A stretch of 64,000 bases of DNA from Chloroflexota bacterium (GTDB taxonomy: Bacteria > Chloroflexota > UBA11872 > VXNJ01), in assembly GCA_026707405.1 (NCBI GenBank), contig JAPOWW010000004.1, positions 213,181-277,180 on the forward strand. The letters run 5' to 3'. Below the pieces are notes generated by a model, which did not search any database, had not been told where the DNA came from, and saw nothing but the letters and a program-made list of their open reading frames with translations. This document shows positions 45,919 to 56,252 of the stretch, one piece after another; within the stretch, counting starts at the first letter, position 1; each line of letters opens with the position of its first letter. The position numbers and the translations under genes were made by a program.

Positions 45919-46255
45919 AGCGCAGGAGAACGCTCTCCTCCAAGGGGCGATGGTTCCGGTCGGCTCTTGAGCGCAAGTGGAACCTCCTCGTCTGTTAGAG
46001 GAACTAGACGGAGCTATCCAGACACCGGATATCCGCGTTGGGAGGTCGTCAGGCTTGCGCACACCCCGGTGACGGCGCGCTCGTAGGACCGTTAGAAACG
46101 GTACCTCTGCTCACCGAGCCTATCCCGATGGATGGTCTTCTACCCCGAAACTGATTTGAAGACGGGGGCAAGTCCGGATGCTCACGGGACTAACATAGTC
46201 GGCAGTAGAAGCCTTGGGGGCAGGTCACGACCAATGGGTATGTGGAGGATGACCG

Positions 46256-46558
46256 TTGACTACGACCAACGCACTGGATGACCCGTTCGAAGAAGCAGAA
46301 AGAGGTCTGGACTGGCTTGAAAAGCTCGAGGCCTTGCAGGTCCGCGCTGCGTCCGACCGAGCTGCCTATGAAGTTGCAGAGTACGTGATGAAACTGCGCA
46401 CGGCAGTTACCGAGTTGGCCGGCAACCGTACCGTCTCCGAGTTGGGTGACGACGTTGGAACGGAAACCGTGCGACTGGTGGAGGAGTTGCGACGGGCGGG
46501 CGACGTTGATGTATGGAACACAAGAATACGTCCTGCGCTTTTGAAGACGGACTCCTAA
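46256..46558 (+). CDS. hypothetical small helical protein (100 aa)
   Basis: TTG start preceded by GGAGGA at optimal spacing. Balanced acidic/helical composition. No known motif. Confidence 0.4.
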   Translation: MTTTNALDDPFEEAERGLDWLEKLEALQVRAASDRAAYEVAEYVMKLRTAVTELAGNRTVSELGDDVGTETVRLVEELRRAGDVDVWNTRIRPALLKTDS

Positions 46559-46967
46559 ACAAACCGCAATTCCGTCCGCTTGTTCCCACCTCAGCAGACG
46601 GGGATTACGATCATGTCTATCACTCTTGGAGACACGCTGTACGCCGTCAAGTGATCCCAGCGGCAGTCTGCGCTGTTAGTGACCTGTCCCCAAGGCTTAG
46701 ACCGCCATCGCGTCAGAGGCGTGTAGCGACCTCAGTCGACTCCCCGGATTGATCCTGTACATGGGCAGCTTTCGGTCTTCGGTTCCCCCATTTACGAGAT
46801 TACGCGGTTTGCCTGTGAATCGTTCCGTCGGCGACTTCGAGACTTTGCTTGTTGGGATGGAACGAATTAGTCGGCGGCTAGCGGATTGTTGGGGCTCTGA
46901 TCGTGATGGCGAACGCTACACGGGATTAGGTCGACCATCCCAATGGAGCGTCGGGCGCGATGAGTGG

Positions 46968-48206
46968 TTAGCGGATACCCGCCGGGCGTTCGGAGTCGAG
47001 TGCTTCCTCGCTCGATCGTGAGAAGAGCCGCAGGGCCGCGAACGCTCCTGCGGCCACAAACGCGACAGCGGCGACGTGCATCAGCGGCAGCACGCCCGTC
47101 CAGTCGCCCAACAGGGTTGCGAGTCCCATTCCGCCGACCATCGTAAGCGCCTGGGTGGTGCTGAAGGCGCCGAAGACCCGGCCCCGGTAATCGTCGCTCA
47201 CGCCCCGATGCAGCAGCGTCTGCGCGCTTACGAAAAAGGCCACAATTGGCGCCCCCAGGATTGTGGTGAGCACGATCGCAAACGCCAGATTCGGAGAGTT
47301 GACGATGGCGACTAACAGCACGGCCATGCCGACCGCTCCGAGCGGAATCAATCGAGAGGGTTGCAGATTGCGTCCCAGTTGACTCAAGAGCAGTCCCGCG
47401 GCCAGTCCTCCACCCGCCTGCGCCGCGAGCAGCGAGCTCAATTGCAGCGCGCCCCCGCCGAAGACTTCGGCGACGAAGACGATCATGAGCGCGTTTAGGA
47501 TTCCAAGTCCGAACATGGCCGTTCCGACGGAAATGAAGACCGCCGAATGCCGGCGGTTGTGGGCCACGAGTCTCAATCCGCCCAGCCATTCGGTCCAGAT
47601 TCCGACCGTTCCCTGCTGACCCGCCGCGTTGTCGCGCCGCCGTGGAACGGAAATGAGCATGATGACGGCGGCCGACATTGCGTAGGTCACCGCGTCGAGC
47701 AGCAGCACGCTGCTGACTCCCAGAATGCCGATCAGCGCGCCGCCGAGAGGCGGGCCGATCAGACGGGTCAGGTTTTCAGTCGTCGCGTTAAGGGAGTTGG
47801 CGGTGACAAGCTGCTGCCTCTTAACAAGCTGGGGGAGGACCGCGTTCTTGGCCTGGTTGAAGAATTGAGATACCGACGATTCCAAGAATGCGAGCGGAAA
47901 TATCAGCCAAAGCTGCTCCGCCGCAATAGCGCCCAGCAGCACGATGACGATCGCGGCCCGAAGAAAGTCGGCGATGATCATCGTCCGCTTGCGGTTCCAA
48001 CGGTCCACGAAAACGCCGGCTACCGAACCGACCAGCAGTCTCGGAAGCACGTTGCTAATGAACATCGCGCCGGTCGCCAGAACCGAACCTGTCTGCTCGT
48101 ATATGTAGATCGGCAGGGCAATGAAGATGACCCAATCGCCGGTCATCGAGATGAGCTGGGCAAGCCAGAGCAGCGTGAAGTTGCGGTTGCGGAGCGTTTC
48201 AACCAT
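46968..48206 (-). CDS. MFS transporter (12 TM)
   Basis: Conserved motif A region (GVFVDRWNRKR), 12 predicted helices. 412 aa. Confidence 0.85.
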   Translation of the reverse strand: MVETLRNRNFTLLWLAQLISMTGDWVIFIALPIYIYEQTGSVLATGAMFISNVLPRLLVGSVAGVFVDRWNRKRTMIIADFLRAAIVIVLLGAIAAEQLWLIFPLAFLESSVSQFFNQAKNAVLPQLVKRQQLVTANSLNATTENLTRLIGPPLGGALIGILGVSSVLLLDAVTYAMSAAVIMLISVPRRRDNAAGQQGTVGIWTEWLGGLRLVAHNRRHSAVFISVGTAMFGLGILNALMIVFVAEVFGGGALQLSSLLAAQAGGGLAAGLLLSQLGRNLQPSRLIPLGAVGMAVLLVAIVNSPNLAFAIVLTTILGAPIVAFFVSAQTLLHRGVSDDYRGRVFGAFSTTQALTMVGGMGLATLLGDWTGVLPLMHVAAVAFVAAGAFAALRLFSRSSEEALDSERPAGIR

Positions 48207-48280
48207 TTGCGCCCCCCGGCATGGCCGTCAACTTACAGCCTTCACCTTAGCGAACTTTCGCCGTCACCGGAGAGCCGGGT

Positions 48281-49627
48281 CTACGCCGGAATCTTGACCT
48301 CCCGGCTCCAGGCCAACTTTTCCCTCAGGTAGTCCATCAGCTCGGCGGTCGAAACTCTGTCTTGGACCAGCGTGTCCCTGTCCCGGACCGTGACCGCGCC
48401 GTCCTCCAGCGAGTCGAAATCCACCGTCACGCAGTAGGGGGTCCCGGCCTCGTCTTGCCGCCTGTACCTGCGCCCGATAGCGCCGGTTTCGTCGTAGTAG
48501 GTCAGCCATTCAGAGCGGGCGAGGTCCTGGAGCTCCTTGGCCATTACTTGCAACGGCTCGCGTTTGATCAGTGGAAAGAACGCGACTTTGACGGGGGCTA
48601 AACGCGGGTCCAGCCTGAGTACCGTTCGGCGCTGCATCTTGCCGGAGGCCGAGGGCACTTCTTCCTCGTGGTAGGCGTCGGTCAGGAAGGCCAGCGCGCA
48701 GCGGTCGACGCCGACGGACGGCTCCACGACCCACGGCAAGACATGTTGGCCGGTTGCGTCGTCGAAATAGGTCAAGTCCCTGCCCGAGACCTCCTGATGC
48801 CTCCCCAGGTCGTAGTCTCCGCGATTGGCAACGCCCTCCAGCTCGGCCCGGCCGAACGGGTAGTCGTACTCGATGTCCGTAGTGCCGCGGGAGTAGTGGG
48901 CAAGCTCGGCTTTGTCGTGGGCGCGCAGATGCAGCTTGTCCGAATTGAGTCCATACCGCCGGTACCAGCTGAGCCGCTCGGATATCCAGTATTTGAACCA
49001 CTTTTCGTCCTCACCAGGAGGTATGAAGTACTCCATCTCCATCATTTCGAATTCCCGGGTGCGGAAGATGAAATTGCCGGTGGTGATCTCGTTTCTGAAC
49101 GCCTTGCCGATCTGGGCTATTCCGAACGGCAGCTTCATGCGGGAGCTTTGCTGGACGTTGCGGAAGTTGGCGAAGATGGCCTGGGCGGTCTCCGGTCGCA
49201 GGTAGGCGGCCGAGGCGTCGTCTTCGACCGGGCCGACGAACGTCTTGAACATGGTGTTGAACTGCCTGACGTCGGTCAGCTCTCCGGCGCATTCCGGGCA
49301 GGCTTCCCTGTCGATCTGATCGGCCCTGAAACGGCGCTTGCACTGCTTGCAGTCGACCAGAGGGTCCGAGAAGTGCTCCAGGTGGCCGGACGCCTGCCAG
49401 ATGTTGGGATGCGACAGTATCGCCGAATTGAGTCCCACCACGTCATCCCGCGCCGTAATGGTGTCTCGCCACCAGGCCTGCTTGATGTTCATCAGAAGCT
49501 CGGCCCCCAGCGGCCCATAGTCCCAAGTGCTCGCGAAACCGCCGTAGATCTCGGAGTTCGGGTATACGTAGCCGCGGCGCTTGCACAGCGACACGAGCTT
49601 TTCCATCGAATTCAAGTTGTCACTCAT
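48281..49627 (-). CDS. glyQS: glycine--tRNA ligase (dimeric class II GlyQS type)
   Basis: MEKLVSLCKRRGYVYPNSEIYGG...WDYGPLGAELLMNIKQAWW matches alpha2-type GlyRS. C-terminal anticodon-binding domain present. ATG 49627 with upstream AAGGA preferred over the extended ORF-track start at 49756. Confidence 0.9.
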   Translation of the reverse strand: MSDNLNSMEKLVSLCKRRGYVYPNSEIYGGFASTWDYGPLGAELLMNIKQAWWRDTITARDDVVGLNSAILSHPNIWQASGHLEHFSDPLVDCKQCKRRFRADQIDREACPECAGELTDVRQFNTMFKTFVGPVEDDASAAYLRPETAQAIFANFRNVQQSSRMKLPFGIAQIGKAFRNEITTGNFIFRTREFEMMEMEYFIPPGEDEKWFKYWISERLSWYRRYGLNSDKLHLRAHDKAELAHYSRGTTDIEYDYPFGRAELEGVANRGDYDLGRHQEVSGRDLTYFDDATGQHVLPWVVEPSVGVDRCALAFLTDAYHEEEVPSASGKMQRRTVLRLDPRLAPVKVAFFPLIKREPLQVMAKELQDLARSEWLTYYDETGAIGRRYRRQDEAGTPYCVTVDFDSLEDGAVTVRDRDTLVQDRVSTAELMDYLREKLAWSREVKIPA

Positions 49628-49668
49628 TGCGTTCCTTTTTCGGGATCGGGCAGTTAGGGATTCGTTTC

Positions 49669-50451
49669 CTAAACCGGCCGTGGGGCGTTGTGTGTGCGGG
49701 AGCGATCCAGCAGCGACGCCGATCTCAGCATGCCTCCCAGCACCTGGTTCAGGCAAGCCGTGTGAATCCGTTCCAGCTCGGCGTCGAGGGCGGCGTTGGA
49801 ATTGAGGCGGGCGGCCGTCCCGATCTCCTGAGTTTCGAGCCAGCGCATCACCTTTATTGCCGACGGAGAAATCGTCAGCGCCGCCCCGTCCGAATCACAT
49901 GTGTGGCACATTACCCCGCCAAGGCCGGGCGAAAACTGGTTGATCACCTCTTTCAGGCCGCCGCCGCAGTTGACGCATGACTCCAGATGCGGACGGTACC
50001 CGAGTCTGCTCAAAGCGTGAAGCTCAAACTGCCTTAGGTGGATGGACCGGCGCTCGTCTTCCGAGGCTAGCAGCCGGATTGTCGCGAGCAAGAGCGCGAA
50101 CAGCTCCGGGTCAGGCTCGCCGACAAGCGTGAGTCGGTCGACGACCTCCGCCGCCCAGGAGGCCTCTGCAAATCGGTCTAGATCGTTCGACATTGTCGGG
50201 AAGATTTCTATCGCTGTCGCTTGGGTCAGAACGTCGAGATTGGTTCCCACGGCCAGATAGACATCTACGTGCGTGAAAAGCTCGATATGACCTGCCAGAC
50301 GGCTTTTCGTACGGCGCACCGACTTTGCGACCGCCCTGCGTTTGCCGAACTCGCGGGTATAGAGCGTGACAATCCTGTCCGCTTCGCCGAGGTTCGACCG
50401 GCGCAGCAGTATTGCTTCCGCTCTGTATGATTTCGACCTTTGGAGCCGCAT
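49669..50451 (-). CDS. recO: DNA repair protein RecO
   Basis: N-terminal OB-fold (EAILLRRSNLGEADRIVTLYTREFGK), C-terminal zinc-binding CxxC...CxxC (CVNCGG...CHTC). Upstream of glyQS as in Firmicute/Chloroflexi-type era-recO-gly arrangements. Confidence 0.85.
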   Translation of the reverse strand: MRLQRSKSYRAEAILLRRSNLGEADRIVTLYTREFGKRRAVAKSVRRTKSRLAGHIELFTHVDVYLAVGTNLDVLTQATAIEIFPTMSNDLDRFAEASWAAEVVDRLTLVGEPDPELFALLLATIRLLASEDERRSIHLRQFELHALSRLGYRPHLESCVNCGGGLKEVINQFSPGLGGVMCHTCDSDGAALTISPSAIKVMRWLETQEIGTAARLNSNAALDAELERIHTACLNQVLGGMLRSASLLDRSRTHNAPRPV

Positions 50452-50564
50452 GTCTTGGATCTCGATATCCAGGCGCCCAACCGCGAGATTGAAGTGGTTG
50501 CGCTGCGCCTACAAGCCATTATATGAGCCGCCAAACCCGCTTGGAGGCCAACCCGTGACGAGCG

Positions 50565-51431
50565 ATGACTGAAGCCGCGATTGGCCTGGTGCTCGCTTCG
50601 GCGGTGCTGCATTCGACCTGGAACTACATGGCCAAGCGATCGACGGACAATCTCCTGTTCCTCTGGCTCGCTGCCGCTGCAGGACTGGTTCTGTTCACGC
50701 CGGCCTTCATCCTGGTGGTTCAGGACAATCCGGTTCCGCTTGCGGGCTGGGTCTTCATAGGTCTTTCGTCGGTCGTACACGTCATGTATTTCGTCCTGCT
50801 CGGCGGGGCGTATTCGCGCACCGACCTCTCGGTCGTGTATCCGCTGGCCAGAGGAACAGGCCCGATATTCGTCCTGGTCCTTTCCATCGCTATTCTGCGC
50901 GAACTCCCTTCGCTGCTTGGCTTGCTGGGGATCCTGGCTGTCGTAGTTGGCGTATACCTGATTCAGGCAAGCGCTCTGACCTTCAATGCTCTCGGCGCGC
51001 CGCTTCGTGCAATCGTGTCGTCGGGGTCGCGATGGGCGCTGCTGACCGGACTGACTATTGGGCTGTATTCGATCATCGACAGCGCCGGCGTCCGGCACGT
51101 ACACCCCCTCGTATATATGTACCTGTGGTCAGTCGGAACGTTCGCGATCATCGCTCCCTGGATGGCGCCGCGAGTACGCAAGGCGCGGGGGTTGAAGCGT
51201 GAGGCCGTATGGATATTCGCGGCAGGCGCTCTTATGTTCGGCGCCTATGTTCTGGTATTGACGGCTTTGCAAACCTCCAGCGTGAGCTACGTTGCCGCGG
51301 CGCGCGAGACGAGCATTGTGTTTGCGGCGATCTACGGCGGACTGCTTCTGCGCGAAGGCGTCGGTCCGGCTCGAATTCTGGGAGCCTGCCTCGTCGCATC
51401 CGGTGTCGCGCTTATAGGAATCGCCGGCTAG
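50565..51431 (+). CDS. EamA/DMT-family transporter
   Basis: Ten-TM protein with two EamA repeats. 288 aa. Confidence 0.8.
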   Translation: MTEAAIGLVLASAVLHSTWNYMAKRSTDNLLFLWLAAAAGLVLFTPAFILVVQDNPVPLAGWVFIGLSSVVHVMYFVLLGGAYSRTDLSVVYPLARGTGPIFVLVLSIAILRELPSLLGLLGILAVVVGVYLIQASALTFNALGAPLRAIVSSGSRWALLTGLTIGLYSIIDSAGVRHVHPLVYMYLWSVGTFAIIAPWMAPRVRKARGLKREAVWIFAAGALMFGAYVLVLTALQTSSVSYVAAARETSIVFAAIYGGLLLREGVGPARILGACLVASGVALIGIAG

Positions 51432-51517
51432 CGAGGGGTTGTGGGACATTTTGCCGGCTCGTGCGAACAGCTAGACGCGGCGTGGGTTTAGCCCTGTGGG
51501 CCTCCTTTGCCTTCCGG

Positions 51518-52801
51518 CTATGCCCCAGCCGGAGTCCTCGCAACCCTGAGTCTGCGGATTCGCGTGTTTTCGACGCGCAATACCTCGACGGTCGCCCCAT
51601 TTACCGAGATGCGGTCGCCTTCGTCTGGAACGCGGCCCAGCGTTACGAAGACCAATCCGGCTATGGTGTCGGCTTCGTCGAAAGTTAGCTGTAAGTCCAT
51701 TTCGTCGTTCAGATCGGCGATGCTGAACTTGCCGTCGACCACCGCCTCGTTTTCGTTGAGAGCGATGAAACTGGTCAGTTCGCGGTCGGACTCGTCGGCG
51801 ATTTCGCCCACGATTTCTTCGATGATGTCCTCCATCGTGACGATTCCGGCGGTATCGCCGTATTCGTCGACCACTACGGCAAGGTGAACTCTGTTGTTTT
51901 GCATGTCGGCCAAGGCGTCATCGACCATCTTGGCTTCCGGAACGAAATGGGGATCGCGCATCACCGTGTCTACCATGGCGGGCGTCTGTTCGCCGTCGTT
52001 CATGCTGGCCGCGATGTCGCGCACGGAGACCGTTCCTACGACTCGGTCGATGGAGTCCTGGTAGACGGGAATTCTGGAGAATCCCCGCACCAGCGCCAGT
52101 TTCAGCGCCTCCGTTATCACCGTTCCGGTCGGCACCATCACTACGTCTGGGCGCGGCGTCATTATCTGTCGCACGGCGCGGTTATGGAGGTCGAAGACGC
52201 CGTGAATCATCTCGACCTCTTCCTGATCGATAGTGCCGCGCTTCTCGCCTTCTTCGAGCAAGATTCGCACTTCCGCGTCGGTGACCGCGGGCAGGGAGAC
52301 GCGACGGCTGGACCCCATAAGTCGCAACAGGAACCCGCTCGCCCCCTCGAGCACGGACACGATCGGGGCCAAAACGCGAGCGATGATGCTGACGGGAGCC
52401 GAGATTCGGAGGGCGAAGCTCTCGGCGTTTTGCAGCGAGAGAGACTTAGGGACTATTTCGCCGCCGACTATAGATATGAATGCCGCGACGAGCGTCACGA
52501 TCACCACCGCCACAGCGTCGTTGGGGATCAGCCTGGCGAGCTCAGGCCCCAGATTTACGGCTCCAACCGCGCCGGCAAAGAACCCGAGAATTGTGATGGC
52601 GATCTGGATCGTTGCGAGGAATCTGTGCGGATTATCCAGGAAGGCCTGGACCCGTCTGGCCCCGGCGTTACCCTGGGCGACAAGCTCCTGTATCCGGCTT
52701 GGCCTGACTGAAACAACGGCAGTCTCCGCGGCTGCGAAAAAGCCGTTGGCTAGCGTCAGGGCGAAAATCGCTATGAGGCTGGCCCAACTAGCGGGTTCCA
52801 A
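51518..52801 (-). CDS. hemolysin-family protein (CNNM/DUF21 transmembrane domain + CBS pair + CorC_HlyC)
   Basis: N-terminal DUF21 TM region, tandem CBS domains (IMTPRPDVV...; HLAVVVDEYGDTAGIVTMEDIIEEIVGEI), C-terminal transporter-associated domain. Confidence 0.85.
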   Translation of the reverse strand: MEPASWASLIAIFALTLANGFFAAAETAVVSVRPSRIQELVAQGNAGARRVQAFLDNPHRFLATIQIAITILGFFAGAVGAVNLGPELARLIPNDAVAVVIVTLVAAFISIVGGEIVPKSLSLQNAESFALRISAPVSIIARVLAPIVSVLEGASGFLLRLMGSSRRVSLPAVTDAEVRILLEEGEKRGTIDQEEVEMIHGVFDLHNRAVRQIMTPRPDVVMVPTGTVITEALKLALVRGFSRIPVYQDSIDRVVGTVSVRDIAASMNDGEQTPAMVDTVMRDPHFVPEAKMVDDALADMQNNRVHLAVVVDEYGDTAGIVTMEDIIEEIVGEIADESDRELTSFIALNENEAVVDGKFSIADLNDEMDLQLTFDEADTIAGLVFVTLGRVPDEGDRISVNGATVEVLRVENTRIRRLRVARTPAGA

Positions 52802-52893
52802 GAATGGAACCGAACCTCCTGGTGTGCGCGACGCTCAGTGTCGTCTGCGCTGGGCTCGTTGAGCGCCTCAGACCCTATAACTCGGCGGTCTGA

Positions 52894-53838
52894 CTAGCTG
52901 AACAACGCGCTTACTGACTCGTGCCGGTGAATCCTGTCGATGGTCTCCGCGAAGATCCGCGCGGTAGAGCACACTTCTATCTTACTATCGGGCGGGCGTT
53001 GGTTTGGGATCGGTATCGTATCGGTCACCAAAATACTCTTGAGTCTCGAAGATTCCAACACTTTAACCACGTCTTCGGTGAAGTCGGCGTGCACCGCGCA
53101 GGCGTGGACCTCTTTGGCGCCTCCTTCGAGCAGCGAGTCGGCGGCAGTGATAAGCGACTTCCCGGTTGAAATGATGTCGTCGATGATTATCGCCACTCGC
53201 CCCCTCACGTCGCCCACGAGGTGAAGAGGGGTCACGTCATCGGGCGTGTCGCGGCGCTTGAACACCACAAACAGGTCAGACCCGCCGAGCCTGCGGCTGA
53301 AGTCCTCGGCCCGCGCCACGCCGCCGGCGTCCGGCGAGCCGACCACGGCGTTATCGAGCGCCAGCTCTTTTACCTTTTCTCCCAGCAGTCCGGCCGCTCT
53401 GAGGTGGTCGACGGGTATGTCGAAAAAGCCTTCGATGGCGGGCGCGTGCAGATCCATAGTGAGGATTCGGTCGGCGCCGGCCACGGCCAAAAGGTTGGCG
53501 ACGAGCTTGGCCGAGATGGGTTCCCTGCCCGCGGTCTTCTTTTCCTGGCGCGCGTAACCGAAGTAAGGGACCACGGCGGTTATTCGGTCCGCTGAAGCCC
53601 TGCGAACGGCGTCCATCATTATCAAGAGCTGCACCAGGTTTTTATCGACCGGCGCGCATACGGACTGAACGAGGAACACGTCGAGCCCCCGGACGTTCTC
53701 CTCAATGCGGACCCGCGTCTCGCCGTTGGGGAACGAGGCGACGTAAGACCGTCCCAGCGGAACCCCAAGATGCTTGGCTGTAAGCCTGGCCAGCTCCGGA
53801 TTGGAGGACCCCGAGAAAATCTTAAGGGTTCTGGCCAT
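52894..53838 (-). CDS. prs: ribose-phosphate pyrophosphokinase
   Basis: Conserved PRPP synthetase motifs (KIFSGSSNPELA, VVPYFGYARQE, DLHA, PRPP-binding loop IIDDIISTGKS). Confidence 0.95.
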   Translation of the reverse strand: MARTLKIFSGSSNPELARLTAKHLGVPLGRSYVASFPNGETRVRIEENVRGLDVFLVQSVCAPVDKNLVQLLIMMDAVRRASADRITAVVPYFGYARQEKKTAGREPISAKLVANLLAVAGADRILTMDLHAPAIEGFFDIPVDHLRAAGLLGEKVKELALDNAVVGSPDAGGVARAEDFSRRLGGSDLFVVFKRRDTPDDVTPLHLVGDVRGRVAIIIDDIISTGKSLITAADSLLEGGAKEVHACAVHADFTEDVVKVLESSRLKSILVTDTIPIPNQRPPDSKIEVCSTARIFAETIDRIHRHESVSALFS

Positions 53839-53846
53839 TATTCGGA

Positions 53847-55256
53847 CTAGCCCTCGTCTTCGCTGTCTACAGGCTTGATTCGTTTCAGCCGCGCTGGAAC
53901 GCCGTAGGACAGCGCTCCGTCGGGGATATCCCGGGTCACGACCGAGCCGGCTCCAATAGTCGCCCCACGTCCTACCGAGATCGGGGCAACGAGCATCGCG
54001 CCGCTGCCGACGAACGCATGGTTTCCGATGAGCGTTCGATGCTTATCTCGCCCGTCGAAGTTGCACGTGACCGCCCCGGCGCCAATGTTGACGCCGTCTC
54101 CAACGTCGGCATCCCCAAGATAGCCGAAATGCCCCATGAGAGTATCGGCGCCGATTCTGGAGTTCTTTATCTCGGCGTAGTTGCCGATATGCGCCCCGTC
54201 GCCAACGACCGCCTCCTGTCGAATATGCGAAAACGGGCCTACCGTTACGTTGTTGCCTAGTCGGGAATTCTTGACGACGGATTGTCGCACAACGCAGCCT
54301 TTGCCTATCGTCGAATCGACTATCTCGGTCGCCGGTCCGATCGAGCAATCCGCGTCTATAACGGTGTTTCCGCGCAAGAATGTTCCCGGCTGGATTTCGG
54401 TGTCCCGGCCCGCCTGAACGGTGTCGTCCACGTAGGTCGCTTGCGGATCGCGGACCGTCACTCCCGCCAGCATCAGCTCTTCCAGCTTGCGGGTCCGTAT
54501 GATTCGCTCCGCCCGCGCCAACTCGATCCGGTCATCGCAGCCCATCCCTTCCAACGGATCGTCCAGCGTCAGGCACTCCACCTCCCTGCCCTGCGCGATC
54601 GCCATGGCGACGAGGTCGGTGAGCAGCGTCTCTCCCTTTGCCGGATCGGGAGTGAGCCGCGAAATGTTTCGCCACAGCCATGCCGAGTCGAAGACCACGA
54701 TTCCGGTGTTGATCTCGCGGACGCCAAGCTCGTCTGCCGTTGCGCCCGCCGCCTCGACGATACGTTTTACCTTTCCGCTTCCGTCGCGCAAGACTCGCCC
54801 GTATCGCGCCGGGTCGTCCGGGATCGCCGAGAGTACCACTATCGCGGCTTGCGAGATCTCTCGCTCGTCGAGCATTCGGACAACCGTCGATGGCGTCAGC
54901 AGGGGCGTGTCGGCGAACAGCACGAACGTCGAGGCCGACTTGCCGTGCTGGTTCGGCGCGGCCTGCGCGGCGGCGTATCCCGTGCCGTAACCTCGCGTGC
55001 CCTGTTCGACGACCTCCGCCTCTGGCATGAGGTCGCGCATCCGCGCGGCGCTCTCATTGCCGGCGACGACTGTTATCGGGCTCAGCGAAAGCGATACGCA
55101 CAGCTTTAGTGGGTAGCCGACCAGGGTCCTCCCTGCGAGCGTGTGCAGCGGCTTGGGAGTCTTTGACTTCATCCGCGTGCCATGACCTGCCGCGAGGATG
55201 ACCGCGGAGGCGCGCGCAGCGGCGCTCAGCTTACGCCGATCGCTTTCATCGACCAC
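53847..55256 (-). CDS. glmU: bifunctional UDP-N-acetylglucosamine pyrophosphorylase / glucosamine-1-phosphate N-acetyltransferase
   Basis: N-terminal nucleotidyltransferase (ILAAGHGTRMKS) and C-terminal left-handed beta-helix hexapeptide repeats. Upstream of prs, as is common. Confidence 0.9.
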   Translation of the reverse strand: MVDESDRRKLSAAARASAVILAAGHGTRMKSKTPKPLHTLAGRTLVGYPLKLCVSLSLSPITVVAGNESAARMRDLMPEAEVVEQGTRGYGTGYAAAQAAPNQHGKSASTFVLFADTPLLTPSTVVRMLDEREISQAAIVVLSAIPDDPARYGRVLRDGSGKVKRIVEAAGATADELGVREINTGIVVFDSAWLWRNISRLTPDPAKGETLLTDLVAMAIAQGREVECLTLDDPLEGMGCDDRIELARAERIIRTRKLEELMLAGVTVRDPQATYVDDTVQAGRDTEIQPGTFLRGNTVIDADCSIGPATEIVDSTIGKGCVVRQSVVKNSRLGNNVTVGPFSHIRQEAVVGDGAHIGNYAEIKNSRIGADTLMGHFGYLGDADVGDGVNIGAGAVTCNFDGRDKHRTLIGNHAFVGSGAMLVAPISVGRGATIGAGSVVTRDIPDGALSYGVPARLKRIKPVDSEDEG

Positions 55257-55359
55257 GGCGAACGGCGCGGCGCGCCGGCAGCGTCCGCGCCCCGATCGCG
55301 TTTCTCATCCCGACATTCTCCCGCCTGACGGTCATTCCCTGCTTGCGGATGGGCAGTGC

Positions 55360-55433
55360 GGCTGGGGCGGTAGGATTCGAACCTACGAATGCCGGCTCCA
55401 AAGGCCGGTGCCTTACCGCTTGGCGACGCCCCA
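55360..55433 (-). tRNA. tRNA-Gln (anticodon TTG)
   Basis: Reverse complement TGGGGCGTCGCCAAGCGGTAAGGCACCGGCCTTTGGAGCCGGCATTCGTAGGTTCGAATCCTACCGCCCCAGCC. Anticodon stem CCGGC/GCCGG with loop CTTTGGA. Closely resembles E. coli tRNA-Gln. Confidence 0.9.
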
Positions 55434-55520
55434 TTCAGTTCATGCTAGGAGCGGCATGAAAACAGCGTCAAGCACACAGGCCCATGTAGCGCCGCCGGCT
55501 GGCGGTCCTTGCCGTGAGTT

Positions 55521-56027
55521 CTATTGAACGTCTTCGGCGCTCACTAATATCACGTCTCCATTTTGGACCGGTCCAGGCCGGATCACGCGAGCGTACCAGC
55601 CCCGGCGACCTATCATCGCTCTGATGAACTCCGTGACGCGCGCCCGACCGACGTAAGGCAGCAATCGCAGGTTCGCGCAAGGCTGGCAGGCCTCGGTTAT
55701 CTCCAGATCCGCCTCGCCGATTCGGACCCGCGTTCCCGGGGGAAGGTCGGCATAGCCTATGCCGATGGTCGTGATGTTCTCGCCTATGTGTCCGGGCTCC
55801 ACCGGCCAGCCGTCGGCCTGAATCTCGTGGAGAGTTTCCAGCGGCATGATCAGGACGGCCATGTTGGGAGTGCCGCCCTTGGCCTCGGTGCGGTACCGGT
55901 TGAAGTCGCCGGCCAGACCGTTTGCGGTAATTTCGGCCGAGGGCACGGCTTGCTTGGGCAGCCCCCGCTCGCCGGTCACCTTTGGTTTGACGTTCAGTGA
56001 ATGAACCCGGCCTTCGATCACGGCCAT
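55521..56027 (-). CDS. MOSC domain-containing protein (YiiM-like)
   Basis: MOSC beta-barrel region with conserved Cys in ITEACQPC. 168 aa. Confidence 0.7.
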   Translation of the reverse strand: MAVIEGRVHSLNVKPKVTGERGLPKQAVPSAEITANGLAGDFNRYRTEAKGGTPNMAVLIMPLETLHEIQADGWPVEPGHIGENITTIGIGYADLPPGTRVRIGEADLEITEACQPCANLRLLPYVGRARVTEFIRAMIGRRGWYARVIRPGPVQNGDVILVSAEDVQ

Positions 56028-56176
56028 GCGCTTTCCATCATCTGGCTATGCACTCGGGTTAACAGTCTAAGGGCCGGTCTACCGCTCCGCGACCGAGCGT
56101 GCGGGGCGACATCTCGGAAAAGTACCGGAAAGCGCGCCTCCGCTGCTGACTGTTCAAATGACGCTTGCGTTGAAGC

Positions 56177-56252
56177 TGGTGCCGAGAGTCGGAATTGAAC
56201 CGACGACACATGGATTTTCAGTCCACTGCTCTACCGACTGAGCTATCTCGGC
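56177..56252 (-). tRNA. tRNA-Phe (anticodon GAA), CCA encoded
   Basis: Reverse complement GCCGAGATAGCTCAGTCGGTAGAGCAGTGGACTGAAAATCCATGTGTCGTCGGTTCAATTCCGACTCTCGGCACCA. Anticodon loop CTGAAAA. Near-identical architecture to E. coli tRNA-Phe. Confidence 0.9.

Noticed and set aside
46100-46180. RNase P RNA-like stretch GACGGGGGCAAGTCCGGATGCTCACGGG
   Set aside because: Only a short P4-like resemblance. Universally conserved RNase P elements (GGAAAGUCCGGGCUCCAUAGGGCA context, ACAGAAUCCGGCUUA-type 3' region) are absent. No full-length structure can be drawn.
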